Assembly: GCA_963823665.1 (NCBI GenBank)
Contig: CAWGMQ010000005.1
Coordinates: 992,001 to 1,056,000 of the forward strand
Source: an uncultured Planctomycetota bacterium
GTDB taxonomy: Bacteria; Planctomycetota; Planctomycetia; Isosphaerales; Isosphaeraceae
Length of the DNA: 64,000 nucleotides
Direction of reading: 5' to 3'
The notes under the pieces were generated by a model that was not told the DNA's origin, made no database searches, and saw only the letters and a list, made by a program, of their open reading frames with translations. Below are positions 10,834-21,708 of this stretch, piece by piece. Position numbers and translations under genes: made by a program. Every line of letters begins with the position of its first letter. Position 1 is the stretch's first letter.

Positions 10834-11637
10834 TCAGACCTTGCGGAACGGGGTGGTCACAGCCTGTCCGCCTTCGGGCAGGTCGATCAGGCTGTAATCG
10901 CCAAAGAGGTTCGGGGCTTCCTGCTGCATCAGCTTGCAAACGGCGACGGCCAGGCGCCGAATTTCGACATCGGCGGCCTGGTCGCCTCGCATCTCGATGA
11001 AATGGCGGAGCGCGCGGGCGTTGGCTGTGACGAAAATCTTCGTTTCGGTTGCATTCGGCAGCACGCTCCGCGCGGCCTCTCTTGCCTTCTTGCGCCTGAG
11101 GGTGCGGTCGTCCAGGTCCTTGAATTTCTCGGTGAGCCGATCCGCGAGCGCTCGATAGGCAATCTGGCTGGCCCGCACCGATTCAACCCAGAGCTGATGC
11201 AGCTCCGGATCCTGCGCGATCACTTCAGGCTCGACGAACGAACATTTGGACTCGTCGACGAACCGCTGGCTCAACTGCGAGAAACCGAAGCCCGCCCGAT
11301 GGCGCACCAGCTCGTGGGTCAAGCTCCGGCTCACGCCGGTGAAGAGCAAGTTAAAGACGGCATGCTCGAGCACCGAGCCATGGCCAACCTCGAGCAGGTG
11401 GTGGATATACGCGTGATTGCCCCCCGGCCGTGGGCGCTGAAACGACATGTAACACACGCGCCCGGCAGTCTCGATGAGCTTCTCGCCGGCGACCTGGGTG
11501 TCGGTCGTCCAGTGCTTCACCTCATGGCCGGAGAGGAACTCGGCGAGGGCCTCTTCATCGATCTCCTGGCGGCCAAGAAGAAAGACGCTGGGCTCTGCGA
11601 TGATTTCCAGTTCAGGTTGCGTTTCGACGTTGGTCAT
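10834..11637 (-). CDS. thyX: FAD-dependent thymidylate synthase
   Basis: GHGSVLEH, ELVRHRAGFGFSQLSQR ThyX motif, ARSVLPNATET. Confidence 0.96.
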   Translation of the reverse strand: MTNVETQPELEIIAEPSVFLLGRQEIDEEALAEFLSGHEVKHWTTDTQVAGEKLIETAGRVCYMSFQRPRPGGNHAYIHHLLEVGHGSVLEHAVFNLLFTGVSRSLTHELVRHRAGFGFSQLSQRFVDESKCSFVEPEVIAQDPELHQLWVESVRASQIAYRALADRLTEKFKDLDDRTLRRKKAREAARSVLPNATETKIFVTANARALRHFIEMRGDQAADVEIRRLAVAVCKLMQQEAPNLFGDYSLIDLPEGGQAVTTPFRKV

Positions 11638-11796
11638 GCCACTCCCTTTTCGTCGCGAACCGCGGATCGTTTTCCATTTGGTGGATTATCGTAGCGTTTT
11701 GCCGCGCAGGGGAATACCGAGCAGCCGTGTTTGGTGGAGCTGACGCGGTAAGCGCTTGCGAGCCTTTGGGTTCGGCACGGCCACTGCCGTAGCGCC

Positions 11797-12561
11797 TTAC
11801 GGTTGGCTTCCTCGGGGGCGGTTCAGCAGTTCGGCACGGATCCAGGCACAGAGCCGACGCTTCCAGGTCGAGCGATCGCTTCTGCTCTCCTTGAGCACCC
11901 AGCGCGCGACCTCATCGAATCTTACCGGCAGAAACACGCTGGACTGCGCGACCGTGTACGTGCCGTCATCATTGAGTCGCTCGATGACAACACTGGAAGT
12001 GTCGAAGCGCCAAACTTCGGTCACACGCATCGCGGCGTAGATCCCGGGACGATCGACTTTGGACGGCGACAAATCGATCTCGATCGCCAAGTCGGGTGCG
12101 GGATAGTCATTGACGTCGCTGGAATTCCGCGCCAGAGATGCGGTGGCGAGAGCGAGCTTGTCGGGTCGGAAGTAAAAGCACTGATCGGCCGCGATCCCGC
12201 GCTCGATTTCCGGCCGATTCCAGGTCGTCGACGCCAGGTTGATGGAATCAATAGCGAGCTCTTCGGCGACCAGGTCAACGAATTTTCCCGCATAGACCTT
12301 GGCATTCTCATGCACCGGGCTCGGTGACATAATCTCCAAATCCTTCCCGTCATAGGCAAGCCGAAGTCCGCCGTGCTCTCCCACGGTCTCGAGGAGCTTC
12401 ATGTAAAAGGCCCAGCCAACGCTCCGGATGACCGCCGGGTTGTCTTGAGCCGCCATGCGGTGCAACGCGTCGAGCGAGGGGACGAGAGGCGTTGTGACGT
12501 CAGCGGGCAACCCGTTTGGCGGCACCGACGGCGAGCTCGCAGGAATCTTTCGCATCGTCAT
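11797..12561 (-). CDS. Uma2 family (PD-(D/E)xK) endonuclease-like protein
   Basis: LEIMSPSPVHE, PDLAIEIDLS, YAAMRVTEVWRFD. Confidence 0.9.
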   Translation of the reverse strand: MTMRKIPASSPSVPPNGLPADVTTPLVPSLDALHRMAAQDNPAVIRSVGWAFYMKLLETVGEHGGLRLAYDGKDLEIMSPSPVHENAKVYAGKFVDLVAEELAIDSINLASTTWNRPEIERGIAADQCFYFRPDKLALATASLARNSSDVNDYPAPDLAIEIDLSPSKVDRPGIYAAMRVTEVWRFDTSSVVIERLNDDGTYTVAQSSVFLPVRFDEVARWVLKESRSDRSTWKRRLCAWIRAELLNRPRGSQP

Positions 12562-12673
12562 CTGAAACGTCCTGAGACGCCCTCCAGAGGTCTGCGAGTA
12601 TCACTACTAACTACAATCCAGTTTACCGGAACGCAGCGAATTCGTCAGGCAGCGTCGGCTCGGATTGGTTGAC

Positions 12674-13467
12674 TCAAAGCTTGATCGGCCCGCCGAGGTG
12701 TTCGAGCAGCTCGAACCGGCGTCGCGTGACGAATGCTCGGCTGCGTGGACCCAGGGTATCGAGCTTGTCCCAGAGATCGGTTAGCAAGGTCGGGCTCTTC
12801 GAGGCCTGGATTGCGGCTGTGAATTCCTGATTGGTGCGACGCACCGCCTGGGTGTCGGCTTCGTTCTCGCTCTCGAGGTAGGCGAGGAATGTCAACCAAA
12901 CGGCGCTTGACCACTCAAACGCGTCGGTGTCAGGTGGAGGACAATGCTGCAAGGACTTGATCGTTTCTCTGCCGGCCTCCAGCACTTCTCTGCGCTCCCG
13001 GGCCTTTTTCCCCTCGAACCAGTGATATTTGTTCGCCAGAAGAGCGACAGGCAAGATGGGCAGGCCGACGGTGAAAATGATGAGGCCCTGCAGGAGATTC
13101 CAAGCGGTGCGTAGATTGCGGCTGATACGGCCTTTCGCGGTGTCGACGGCAGGCGATTGGTCCTCATCGTTGCCACACGTGACATAGGGTGGCGGCAAGT
13201 CCAGCGTCCGTTTTAGCACGCGGCTTGCCGCCTCGCGGACCGCTGAAGAGGCGACCCAGCTCAGAGTCGCCATGGTATCCGTTGCGGCTCCCGTGATTGC
13301 GACATCAACCACGACGGTGTGCTGTTCGATGATGAGCCCAAACCGACCATGAAGCGGGTTTCGATCCCTGGCATCGGCGAGCGTGGTCGCTAACCTGGTG
13401 ATTCCGCGCATGAGCGATCCCGGCAGCGGGATTGGAGAAAAGTCCGTGCCCTGCTCGCCGGCGATCA
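12674..13467 (-). CDS. hypothetical membrane protein (start uncertain)
   Basis: Long ORF with a hydrophobic segment (LLQGLIIFTVGLPILPVALLA); no recognised family. Confidence 0.45.
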
Positions 13468-13676
13468 TTCGTCGATGACGCGAGCCCCACGTCAGAGAGC
13501 TGTGGCCTTCGAAGGAGGCGAGAAGCAGTAGATTGGATAGAAAACGGTCGTATAAAGAATTCGTTTTCAGAGGATCAAGGCAATTCATCGGCATCGTGGG
13601 CCTGAGTACCGTGTTACACCGATGTTCCGGTTCTGGATTGTTACAATATAACGTCATTCGTCGAGCGGAGCGTGCG

Positions 13677-15680
13677 ATGCAACATCGGAGACGTCTCGTC
13701 ATGGCAGGTCAAACGGCTTTCAAGATCATCTGTGCCTTGCTCGTCATTGTTGTTGCACCGTCAGCATATCCGGCACGCGCGGCAGATCAGGGTCCGGCTG
13801 CGAGACCGCGGCCGTTTCGGATCCAGGTGGTTGAAGCGGGGACCGGCCGGGGCGTGCCGTTGGTCGAGCTCAAGACGGTCAACCAGATCCGCTATTACAC
13901 CGACAGCAACGGGATCGTGGCGTTCGACGAGCCCGGGTTATTCAATCAGAAGATCTATTTCTCGATCCGCAGTCACGGCTATGAAGCTGAGAAAGACGGC
14001 CTCGGATATCGAGGTGCGTCTTTTGTGATCACCGAGGGGGGCACAGCGCAGGTGGTGATCCACCGGCTGAACGTTGCGCGCCGGCTGTATCGAGTGACCG
14101 GCGAGGGAATCTATCGTGACAGCGTGCTCACGGGCGACAAGGTGCCGATCCGGGAGCCTTGGCTGAACGGTCAGGTCTTCGGCCAGGACAGTGTGGTGAA
14201 CGCGGTGTTTCAAGGGAAGATCCACTGGTTCTGGGGCGATACGAATCGCCCGGATTATCCCCTGGGTAATTTTCACGTCCCGGGCGCGACGTCGGAACTG
14301 CCGGGACGGGGTGGTCTCGAGCCCGAGGAGGGGGTGAATCTCTCGTACTTCGTCGACGAGAAGGGCTTCGCACGGCCGACGGCCCCGATGCCAGGCGAGG
14401 GGCCGACCTGGATCTCGGGCCTGACCGTGCTCACGGACGATCAGGGCCGTGAGCGAATGTTTGCGTTCTACGCCAAGATCCGGAAGGTGCTCGAGGTCTA
14501 CGAGCGCGGGCTCGTCGAGTTCAATTCCCGGACACAGCGGTTCGACAAGGTCACTCAGTTCCCCGAAGCGTCGCAGTACTCCGGCGAGCACCCGGACGGG
14601 CACGCCTTCTTGCACCAGGCCTATGGAATCAACTACATCTATTATGCAAACCCCTATCCTCTTTTGCGCGTGCGGGCCCACCCGGACCTGCTCAAGGAGC
14701 CCGCGGCGTGTGAGGCTTACACGTGCCTGGTGCCGGGCACGCGGGTGGGCCAGCAGCAGCTCGACCGCGGCCCGGATAAGCGGCTGCGCTACGCCTGGAA
14801 GATCAAGACGCAGCTCCTGCGGCACGATCAGCAGGCCAAGCTGATCGCTTCGCGACGGATCACCGCGGAGGAGTCGCTGCTCAACCTGCGCGACATTGAC
14901 TCAGGCAAGACCGTGGTGGCCCACGGCGGGTCGGTCTACTGGAACAACTATCGCAACCGGTGGGTGATGATCACCGTCGAGTCGTACGGCAGCCCGTCTC
15001 TGCTGGGCGAGGTCTGGTACGCCGAAGGCGACTCGCCGCTGGGGCCATGGGTCTATGCGCGCAAGGTGGTCACGCACGAGAAGTACAGCTTCTACAATCC
15101 CAAACAGCACCCGATGTTCGACAAGGACCGCGGCCGGATCATCTTCTTCGAGGGAACGTACACCACGACCTTCTCGGGCAACCAGGATCCGACACCCCGC
15201 TACGACTACAACCAGGTGATGTACCAGCTTGATCTTTCTGATCCCCGGCTGGCGCTTCCCGTGGCGATCTACCTGTCGCCGGCGAGTGCACGAGCGGCGG
15301 CTCGGCTGGCGCCGTCGGCGGCGCCCAAGGAACGGGAGCCGTCCGGGGGTCGCCGAGTGGCTTTCTTCGCGCCGGATCGTCCTGGAATCGCGACGTTGCC
15401 GGTCTACGAGGAGTACGACATCAAAACCGGCCAAACGCTGCGGGTGGGCACGAGTGGCCAGCCGGGTGAGCCCGGCGGGCCGCAGCCACTATTCTTCTTG
15501 CTTCCGGCGGATTTGAAGGACTATACATCAGCAACCGCGCCGCTTCATGAATGGAGCGCCGAGGGAAGCACGGCTCGCGTTTATTCGACGGACACTCGCA
15601 GCCCGCAAGCGGGCGGCCGATGGACGTCGAAGGTGCTGGGACGGGTTTGGAAGAATCCGTCGAGTTTGCTGGTTTGGTGA
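13677..15680 (+). CDS. hypothetical secreted protein, possibly beta-propeller/glycosidase-like
   Basis: Signal peptide (AxA-like site ARAA), genome-typical GC3 codon usage, WFWGDT and YNPKQHP motifs; start uncertain. Confidence 0.7.
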   Translation: MQHRRRLVMAGQTAFKIICALLVIVVAPSAYPARAADQGPAARPRPFRIQVVEAGTGRGVPLVELKTVNQIRYYTDSNGIVAFDEPGLFNQKIYFSIRSHGYEAEKDGLGYRGASFVITEGGTAQVVIHRLNVARRLYRVTGEGIYRDSVLTGDKVPIREPWLNGQVFGQDSVVNAVFQGKIHWFWGDTNRPDYPLGNFHVPGATSELPGRGGLEPEEGVNLSYFVDEKGFARPTAPMPGEGPTWISGLTVLTDDQGRERMFAFYAKIRKVLEVYERGLVEFNSRTQRFDKVTQFPEASQYSGEHPDGHAFLHQAYGINYIYYANPYPLLRVRAHPDLLKEPAACEAYTCLVPGTRVGQQQLDRGPDKRLRYAWKIKTQLLRHDQQAKLIASRRITAEESLLNLRDIDSGKTVVAHGGSVYWNNYRNRWVMITVESYGSPSLLGEVWYAEGDSPLGPWVYARKVVTHEKYSFYNPKQHPMFDKDRGRIIFFEGTYTTTFSGNQDPTPRYDYNQVMYQLDLSDPRLALPVAIYLSPASARAAARLAPSAAPKEREPSGGRRVAFFAPDRPGIATLPVYEEYDIKTGQTLRVGTSGQPGEPGGPQPLFFLLPADLKDYTSATAPLHEWSAEGSTARVYSTDTRSPQAGGRWTSKVLGRVWKNPSSLLVW

Positions 15681-15849
15681 GGCTGCCCCCCGAGGAGTAC
15701 TGCTCAAAAGTCACGTGAAAGCAGGCCTGCTTGGCGTTTGATCAGGCCGTTCCACGTGGGTTTGACGCTTATTGAACAAGAGGGTTCGGTTGCGCGCCTC
15801 TATTTGTTGCGGGCGGCGTGTGGGCCGAGGGGTTTGATCCGGTCAATAG

Positions 15850-17373
15850 GTGAATCCGAATGCGAGTTCACGGCGGGGCGAGGAGGCTCTCTCGATGAGT
15901 TGGCTCGGGCGCAGATTATTCAATCGCTGGATGGGTGCAATCGTCGCGATGCTCGCTCTATCTTCTTTTCTAATTGTGAGTTATGCCAAAGGGAACATAC
16001 CGTGGCTCGATCGCCGGCCGATGCGCGAGCGTTACCGAGTGTACGAAGCATTCCGGACCGATCTCGCCCCGGTCTTGAATGCTCCCGGGAACCTTGAGAG
16101 TGCGAAACGGACGATGATCCGATGCGAGCTGGAAAACATTGCCGGCCTGACAACCGGCGGCGCGTCGACGATGCTGTCGGTGATACCGGAAGGGTCGGTC
16201 GTCAAGAAAGGGGACGTGCTGGCGACGTTCGATAAGTCCAACTACGAAGAAATGCTGCGTCAGCAAGAGATCACGGTTGAACAGGCGAAAGCCAGCCGGT
16301 TGCAAGCCAAGCTCGATCTTGAAATTGCGCAGTTGGCGGTGAAAGAGTATCGCGAAGGGATTGTCGAAGAGACGGTGAAGGGAATGGAAGGGTCACTGGC
16401 TTTAGCACGCTCGAACCTGTCGTTGGCGGCCGATCATCTGAGCTGGACGGCGAAGATGAAGGAAAAGGGTTACTCGTCGATCGCCGCCATTGTGTCTGAA
16501 AAGATCAGCATGTCGCAGATGCAATTCACGGTCAACAAGCAGCTCTGGGCGATGGACCTCTACCAGCGGTTCACGCAACCAAAGACCGAGAGAACGCTGG
16601 AAAGACAGGTGACTGCCGCCGAGACCACGCTCGCGAATGAAGATCTTCGTTTGCAGCGACAACTTGATCGGCTGAAGGCGCTTACGAAGCAAGTTGCGTT
16701 TTGCACGGTTCGCGCGCCTCACGATGGTGTCTTGTTTTATTACAAGGATCCCAGGTTGCGCGGGCGGAATCAGGTCGTCGTTGAAGAAGGGATGAGCGTG
16801 CGACAGCGGCAGGAGCTGTTTTACCTACCCGACCTGACCGAGCTTGAAGTGCTGATGGCACTCAACGAGTCTGTCGTGAACCGTGTGAGGCTCGGGATGA
16901 AGACGAAGATTCGATTCGAAGCCCTGCCCGAACTGGAGCTGGATGGTGAAGTTGTGTCCATCAGTCAATTTCCTGCCGCCCCAGGTCGAGACGGCGAAGA
17001 CTTTCGCTATTTCATCAGTCGCGTGAAGATCGACAAAAGCGCTCCCGGCCTCACGCCCGGGATGAGCACCAGAATCGACATTTTACTCACCGGACGGCGA
17101 AACGTCGTTGCCGTACCTCTGCAAGCAATCCGGTCGCTCGCAGGTAAGAAGATCTGCTATGTTGTGCACGAGCGCAGCCTGGAGCCGCGGTTGGTCGAAC
17201 TTGGCCAGGACACGACGAGCTTGGTCGAGATCAAGTCCGGGCTGAAGGAGGGCGAGCTCGTTGTGCTCAACCCACCGGCGGCTGATTCGAATGTGGATTC
17301 ATTCTGGAAATCTGTCGATCAAACTAAAGAACGAACCGCCAAGCCTGACACGGTTGCCTCGTCCCGGCACTGA
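15850..17373 (+). CDS. MacA/HlyD-like efflux periplasmic adaptor subunit
   Basis: EGSVVKKGD, VRAPHDGV, LTPGMS, VEIKSGLKEGELV. Confidence 0.88.
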   Translation: MNPNASSRRGEEALSMSWLGRRLFNRWMGAIVAMLALSSFLIVSYAKGNIPWLDRRPMRERYRVYEAFRTDLAPVLNAPGNLESAKRTMIRCELENIAGLTTGGASTMLSVIPEGSVVKKGDVLATFDKSNYEEMLRQQEITVEQAKASRLQAKLDLEIAQLAVKEYREGIVEETVKGMEGSLALARSNLSLAADHLSWTAKMKEKGYSSIAAIVSEKISMSQMQFTVNKQLWAMDLYQRFTQPKTERTLERQVTAAETTLANEDLRLQRQLDRLKALTKQVAFCTVRAPHDGVLFYYKDPRLRGRNQVVVEEGMSVRQRQELFYLPDLTELEVLMALNESVVNRVRLGMKTKIRFEALPELELDGEVVSISQFPAAPGRDGEDFRYFISRVKIDKSAPGLTPGMSTRIDILLTGRRNVVAVPLQAIRSLAGKKICYVVHERSLEPRLVELGQDTTSLVEIKSGLKEGELVVLNPPAADSNVDSFWKSVDQTKERTAKPDTVASSRH

Positions 17374-17722
17374 CCCCGACCGAGCAGATCCCAGGGAGAC
17401 GTCCGTTCAACATTGCCGTTGTCTTACCTCTGTTTTACAATTTTGACGATTGGATTGGGGCTTGTCTCGCAAGCCTCTGGTCGAATCTAAAGAATGGTGT
17501 CTCGATCGCTCACCCTACGAATTGCGGAGGGTCGCCGCAACGGCAGATGGACGACCGAGGACATCGTTTCCCACCCCCTCAATGCCTACCCGCTCAACGA
17601 TGTGAATGAGAATCTCACCGATCCCCTTGCCGGGAGCAGGACAGCACCGGACGCGCAGCTTCTCGTGCCGGAATGAAGTAAGAGGATGCGCCGGTCGCAT
17701 GTGAGCAGCCGGAGGCGTCAAC

Positions 17723-17766
17723 TTTGACTTGAGACGTGTCCTAATTTGACTTGAGACGTGTCCTAA
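17723..17766 (+). repeat. perfect 22-bp tandem duplication TTTGACTTGAGACGTGTCCTAA x2
   Basis: Directly visible, just upstream of the second adaptor gene. Confidence 0.9.
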
Positions 17767-17808
17767 GCTGACGTGAACAGGATCCCTTGCAAAGGCCTCC
17801 ATCGGAGC

Positions 17809-19311
17809 ATGGCGACGCGAGGAATTATTCGTATGCTGAAGAGAGCGAAATCCACAGGGATTCGAGGTCTATTCCTTTTCGCTATTGTCAGTTGTGCGGT
17901 GATCGCCGCCGGCGCTCTCGTTTTGGTGCGGGTGCGCACTCATGGACGAACGTCTCCGGTGGAACGGTATTTGACGACCAGCGTACGTCGGGCAGATCTG
18001 TTTCCGACGCTGACGGCGAGTGGGCGAGTGGAAAGCTCGAAGCGAACGGTCATCGAGTGCGATCTCGAGAATGTGGCCGTCGGCGTGCGGGGCCAAAGAC
18101 TTGCTGCTGGAGGAGCTGCGATCCTGCTGAGCGTTGTGCCCGAAGGGACGACCGTCAAGCGCGGCGACGTGCTGGCCGTCATCGACTCTTCCGATTACGA
18201 GGAGTTGCTGCGGATTCAAGAAATGGCGGTCGAGCGTTCCGCGGCGGATCATGTCCAGTGCACCCTCGACCTGGAAGTCGCGAAGCTGGCGGTGCGCGAG
18301 TTCGAGAACGGGACCTTGCAGGAGACGATCGAAGACTTCGAGGGGAGGATCATGCTGGCCAGGTCCGACCTGGAACGCGCCAAGGACCGCGTCGCCTGGG
18401 TGCGCCGCATGAAAGAGAAAGGATACATACCGGCCGCGTCGGCGACCGCTGAGGACTTCAAGAGGGAGCAATCGGCGCTGGCGCTTTTCCAGCAGGAATC
18501 GGCTTACGAGCTGTTCACCAAATTCACGGCACCAAAGACAATGAAGGTGCTCCGAGGATCGGTGGCGGCGGCCGACTTGAACCTGAGCTACCAGACGCTC
18601 CGGCTCTCGCGCCATCGAGATCGGTATGCGCTCTTGAAGAAGCAGGTCGACCATTGCACCATCCGTGCGCCACACGATGGGTTCGTGATTTACGCCAACA
18701 ACGCCGATCGTCAGGTGTTTATCGAGCCAGGGATGTCGGTGCGGCAGCGACAGCAGCTTTTCTTTCTGCCCGACCTGACACAGATGGAAGTCGTGGCCCA
18801 GATTCATGAGTCGATTGTCGAGCGGGTCAGGCCTTCGATGCGGGCTCACGTGCAATTTGAGGGCATCGCCAACCAATCGGTCGAAGGCCACGTCACCTCG
18901 ATTGCGCCGATGACCGTGTTCAACTGGCGATCGGACGTGGGGTATTTCCAGGGGATCGTCAAGCTCGACAACGTGCCGCCGGGGCTCAAGCCCGGGATGA
19001 GTGCGGAGGTTGAGATAGCGATGCCACGCCGGGAAAATGTGCTGGCAATTCCGACCGAGGCGATCCTGATCGATCACGGCTACGACGTTTGTTTCGTCGT
19101 GCACGAAGATTCACTCGAGCGCCGGCAGGTGAAGCTGGGAAACACCACGAGCGATCTGGTTGAAGTGACCCAGGGGCTGGAGGCCGGCGAAGAAGTGGTG
19201 CTGAACCCGCAGCCTGATGATCCGGAGCTCGAGCTGCTTTCCCACCACGGAGATTCCGAGTCGGCAACGAACCCCTCGTCGTTCACGGGCTCAGTCGCCG
19301 CATCGCATTGA
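17809..19311 (+). CDS. MacA/HlyD-like adaptor subunit, paralog of 15850-17373
   Basis: EGTTVKRGD, IRAPHDGF, LKPGMSAEV, VEVTQGLEAGEEV; start uncertain. Confidence 0.88.
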   Translation: MATRGIIRMLKRAKSTGIRGLFLFAIVSCAVIAAGALVLVRVRTHGRTSPVERYLTTSVRRADLFPTLTASGRVESSKRTVIECDLENVAVGVRGQRLAAGGAAILLSVVPEGTTVKRGDVLAVIDSSDYEELLRIQEMAVERSAADHVQCTLDLEVAKLAVREFENGTLQETIEDFEGRIMLARSDLERAKDRVAWVRRMKEKGYIPAASATAEDFKREQSALALFQQESAYELFTKFTAPKTMKVLRGSVAAADLNLSYQTLRLSRHRDRYALLKKQVDHCTIRAPHDGFVIYANNADRQVFIEPGMSVRQRQQLFFLPDLTQMEVVAQIHESIVERVRPSMRAHVQFEGIANQSVEGHVTSIAPMTVFNWRSDVGYFQGIVKLDNVPPGLKPGMSAEVEIAMPRRENVLAIPTEAILIDHGYDVCFVVHEDSLERRQVKLGNTTSDLVEVTQGLEAGEEVVLNPQPDDPELELLSHHGDSESATNPSSFTGSVAASH

Positions 19312-19334
19312 TCGGTGTGATGTGATCGGATCGG

Positions 19335-21636
19335 TCACGGCTGGACGCGCAAACTCGCGAGGTATTTCCTGGCCTCCTCGTCGCCCTGGGCGGACGCTTT
19401 GCGGAACCATGCGACTGCCTGGTCGTGATTCGCCGGAACACCCCAGCCATGCTCATACATCACGCCCAGTGCATGCTGACCGAGGGCTGAGTTCTGGTCG
19501 GCTGCGAGACGGAACCACCCCAGGGCCGTTGCGTAGTCTCGCTGGACGCCGTTGCCTTCGACACACATGTAGCCCAGGTTGACCTGGCCGAGGGCCGAGT
19601 GCTTCTTGGCGGCTTCGTGATAGCACTTGACCGCTTCGCTATAGTCTTGGGCCGCGCCTTGACCGGTTTCGAACATTTCACCCAAGGTCGCGAGCGCGTC
19701 AATTTCGCCTTCCGCGGCGGCTTCGCGGAGCAATTTCACTGCCTCCCCGGGTTTCGGCTCGGCAACAACGCCGTCTGCATACATGATCGCTAGATTGTGC
19801 TTTGCGGCTGGCTCGCCACGTTCGGCCGCCAAGCGGTAGCAACTGACCGCTTTTGCGAGATCGCGATTGATTCCGCTGCCGTTCTGGTAGGCCCAGCCGA
19901 GATTATGGAGTCCCTGGGCGTTCCCACGGTCGGCCGCCTTGAGATACCACTTGACAGCCTGGGCGTCGTTTTCCTTGACTCCGGTGCCGGCGGCATACAA
20001 GTTTCCGAGCGCCACCTGGGCTGGAGCGTAGCCCTTGGCGGCCGCCAATTTGTACCAGCGGAAGGCCAGCGACGCGTTGCGCAACGCCTTGCCCGTCGAG
20101 ATAGGAGTCGCCGAGGTTGGTCTGGCCCTCGGTGTCACCTTGTACGGCAGCTTTGTAATACCAGGCGACCGCTTGCGCCTCGTCTCTGGCAACACCGCGG
20201 CCTTCGTGATAGACGTCGCCGAGCTCGACCTGGGCCCACGCTTCGCCCTTTTGAGCGAGGGCGGGCAGCTTGGGATCAGTTTCGGAGTCGGGTGGTGTCG
20301 CGACGACTCTCACACGCGCCTGCCTGCGCTCGTTTCCACGGAGGAAGACAACGCGCATCTGCTCGCCCGGCGCCTTCCCGGCCAGGCAGCGGTCATAATC
20401 CCTCAGGTTCGCGACCGGTTTGCCGCCGATCTTGGTGATGATGTCCGCTTGTTTCAGTCCGGCCCGGTCGGCGGGCTCGCCCGGCCAGAGGCCGACGATC
20501 CGGACGCCCAGAGGGCGGATCAGCCCTTGCGAATCCGGCTTGCTGGCGAATTCGTCTTCGAGGCTGATTCCCATCCAAACTGGGCCTGGCGCTGCGGTTC
20601 CAGCCGCGACTGCCGCAGGCGGTGATTTGGCGGCGCCGGGGCGCGTATCCTTGACAACGAGGTTGTCAAAGTACGCGGCCCCCGGCGCGGTCGACATCGA
20701 CACGATACAGAGACCCAGGGCACCCGGCCCTGAAACTGTGTCATCATCGAATTCGCATGCGAGGCTTTTATTGAGGAACACGCGGATATGCGCACCCAAG
20801 ACTGCGATGCGCAGTTGATTGGCACGTTCGGGGATGAAAGACCCGGCCTTGAGCGGTGTCTCCTTGGCCGCGGCCCATTGCCCGGCGTGCCAGCAGTTGA
20901 GTGCGATGGTCTGCCGGCTGGGCTGGACGAGCAGCATGTCGTAGTCGGCCTTGCCGTCGAGCGCGGGGGTGCCGCGGAAGACGAGTCCGTAACCGCTATC
21001 ATCCGTAACGGTCGGGATGCGGAGAGAGAACTCGGCGATGAAGTCCTTGACTGGCTCGGGATAAACGGCAGACAGGACCCCCGTCGTGGCCCCGGTCAAG
21101 ACCCCTTCACCATTCAAGTTGGTAAAGGACATCGAGGCCGGGCCGACTTGTGGCACGGCGCGCGCCGTGGGCCCCTCGAAGTCGTCTCTCAAGATCGGCG
21201 GCGCGGCAGCGCCGGGTTTAGGCGTGGAAGCGCCGGAGGGAGTGCGCGCGGCGGAGGGGCTGGCAGTCGCGCGCGGAGGGCTCGCAGAGATGATTCGCGC
21301 GCGCTGTCCGGGGGTCACGGTCGCGGTGGCTCGATCGACGGCGGCCCACACGGTTGTTCCCGTGAATCGGGAGACTCGCCCCGTGGCGACGGAGGCTTCC
21401 TCCTGGACTTCGGGCAAGACCTGGTAAAACACGACGCGATCGCCAGGCGCCGGGGTGCCCGGCGCCTCGATCAGGATCTTCGCCGCATTGCCGCTCACTG
21501 ACTGGACCGTTCCCCTGATTTCGCCCGCGGCGACCCGCCGCCACGGAGCCCACGCGGCACACACGGCGAAGGCCAGGACCAAGAGCCTACGACGACGGCG
21601 AGGGGGGCGAGCGGCATTCGCGTTATATCCGAACAT
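19335..21636 (-). CDS. secreted PDZ and Sel1-repeat protein, frameshifted near 20082
   Basis: Signal peptide, beta-sandwich region, PDZ (PADRAGLKQADII), Sel1 repeats (AQVELG.Y..GRGV...A..WY.KAA) continuing across two frames. Confidence 0.82.
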
Positions 21637-21708
21637 AGTTGCACCTCATCAAGTAATTGGATTGCTTTCAGGGCCACGCTGGAACGAGACGAAGACACGT
21701 GTGATCGG

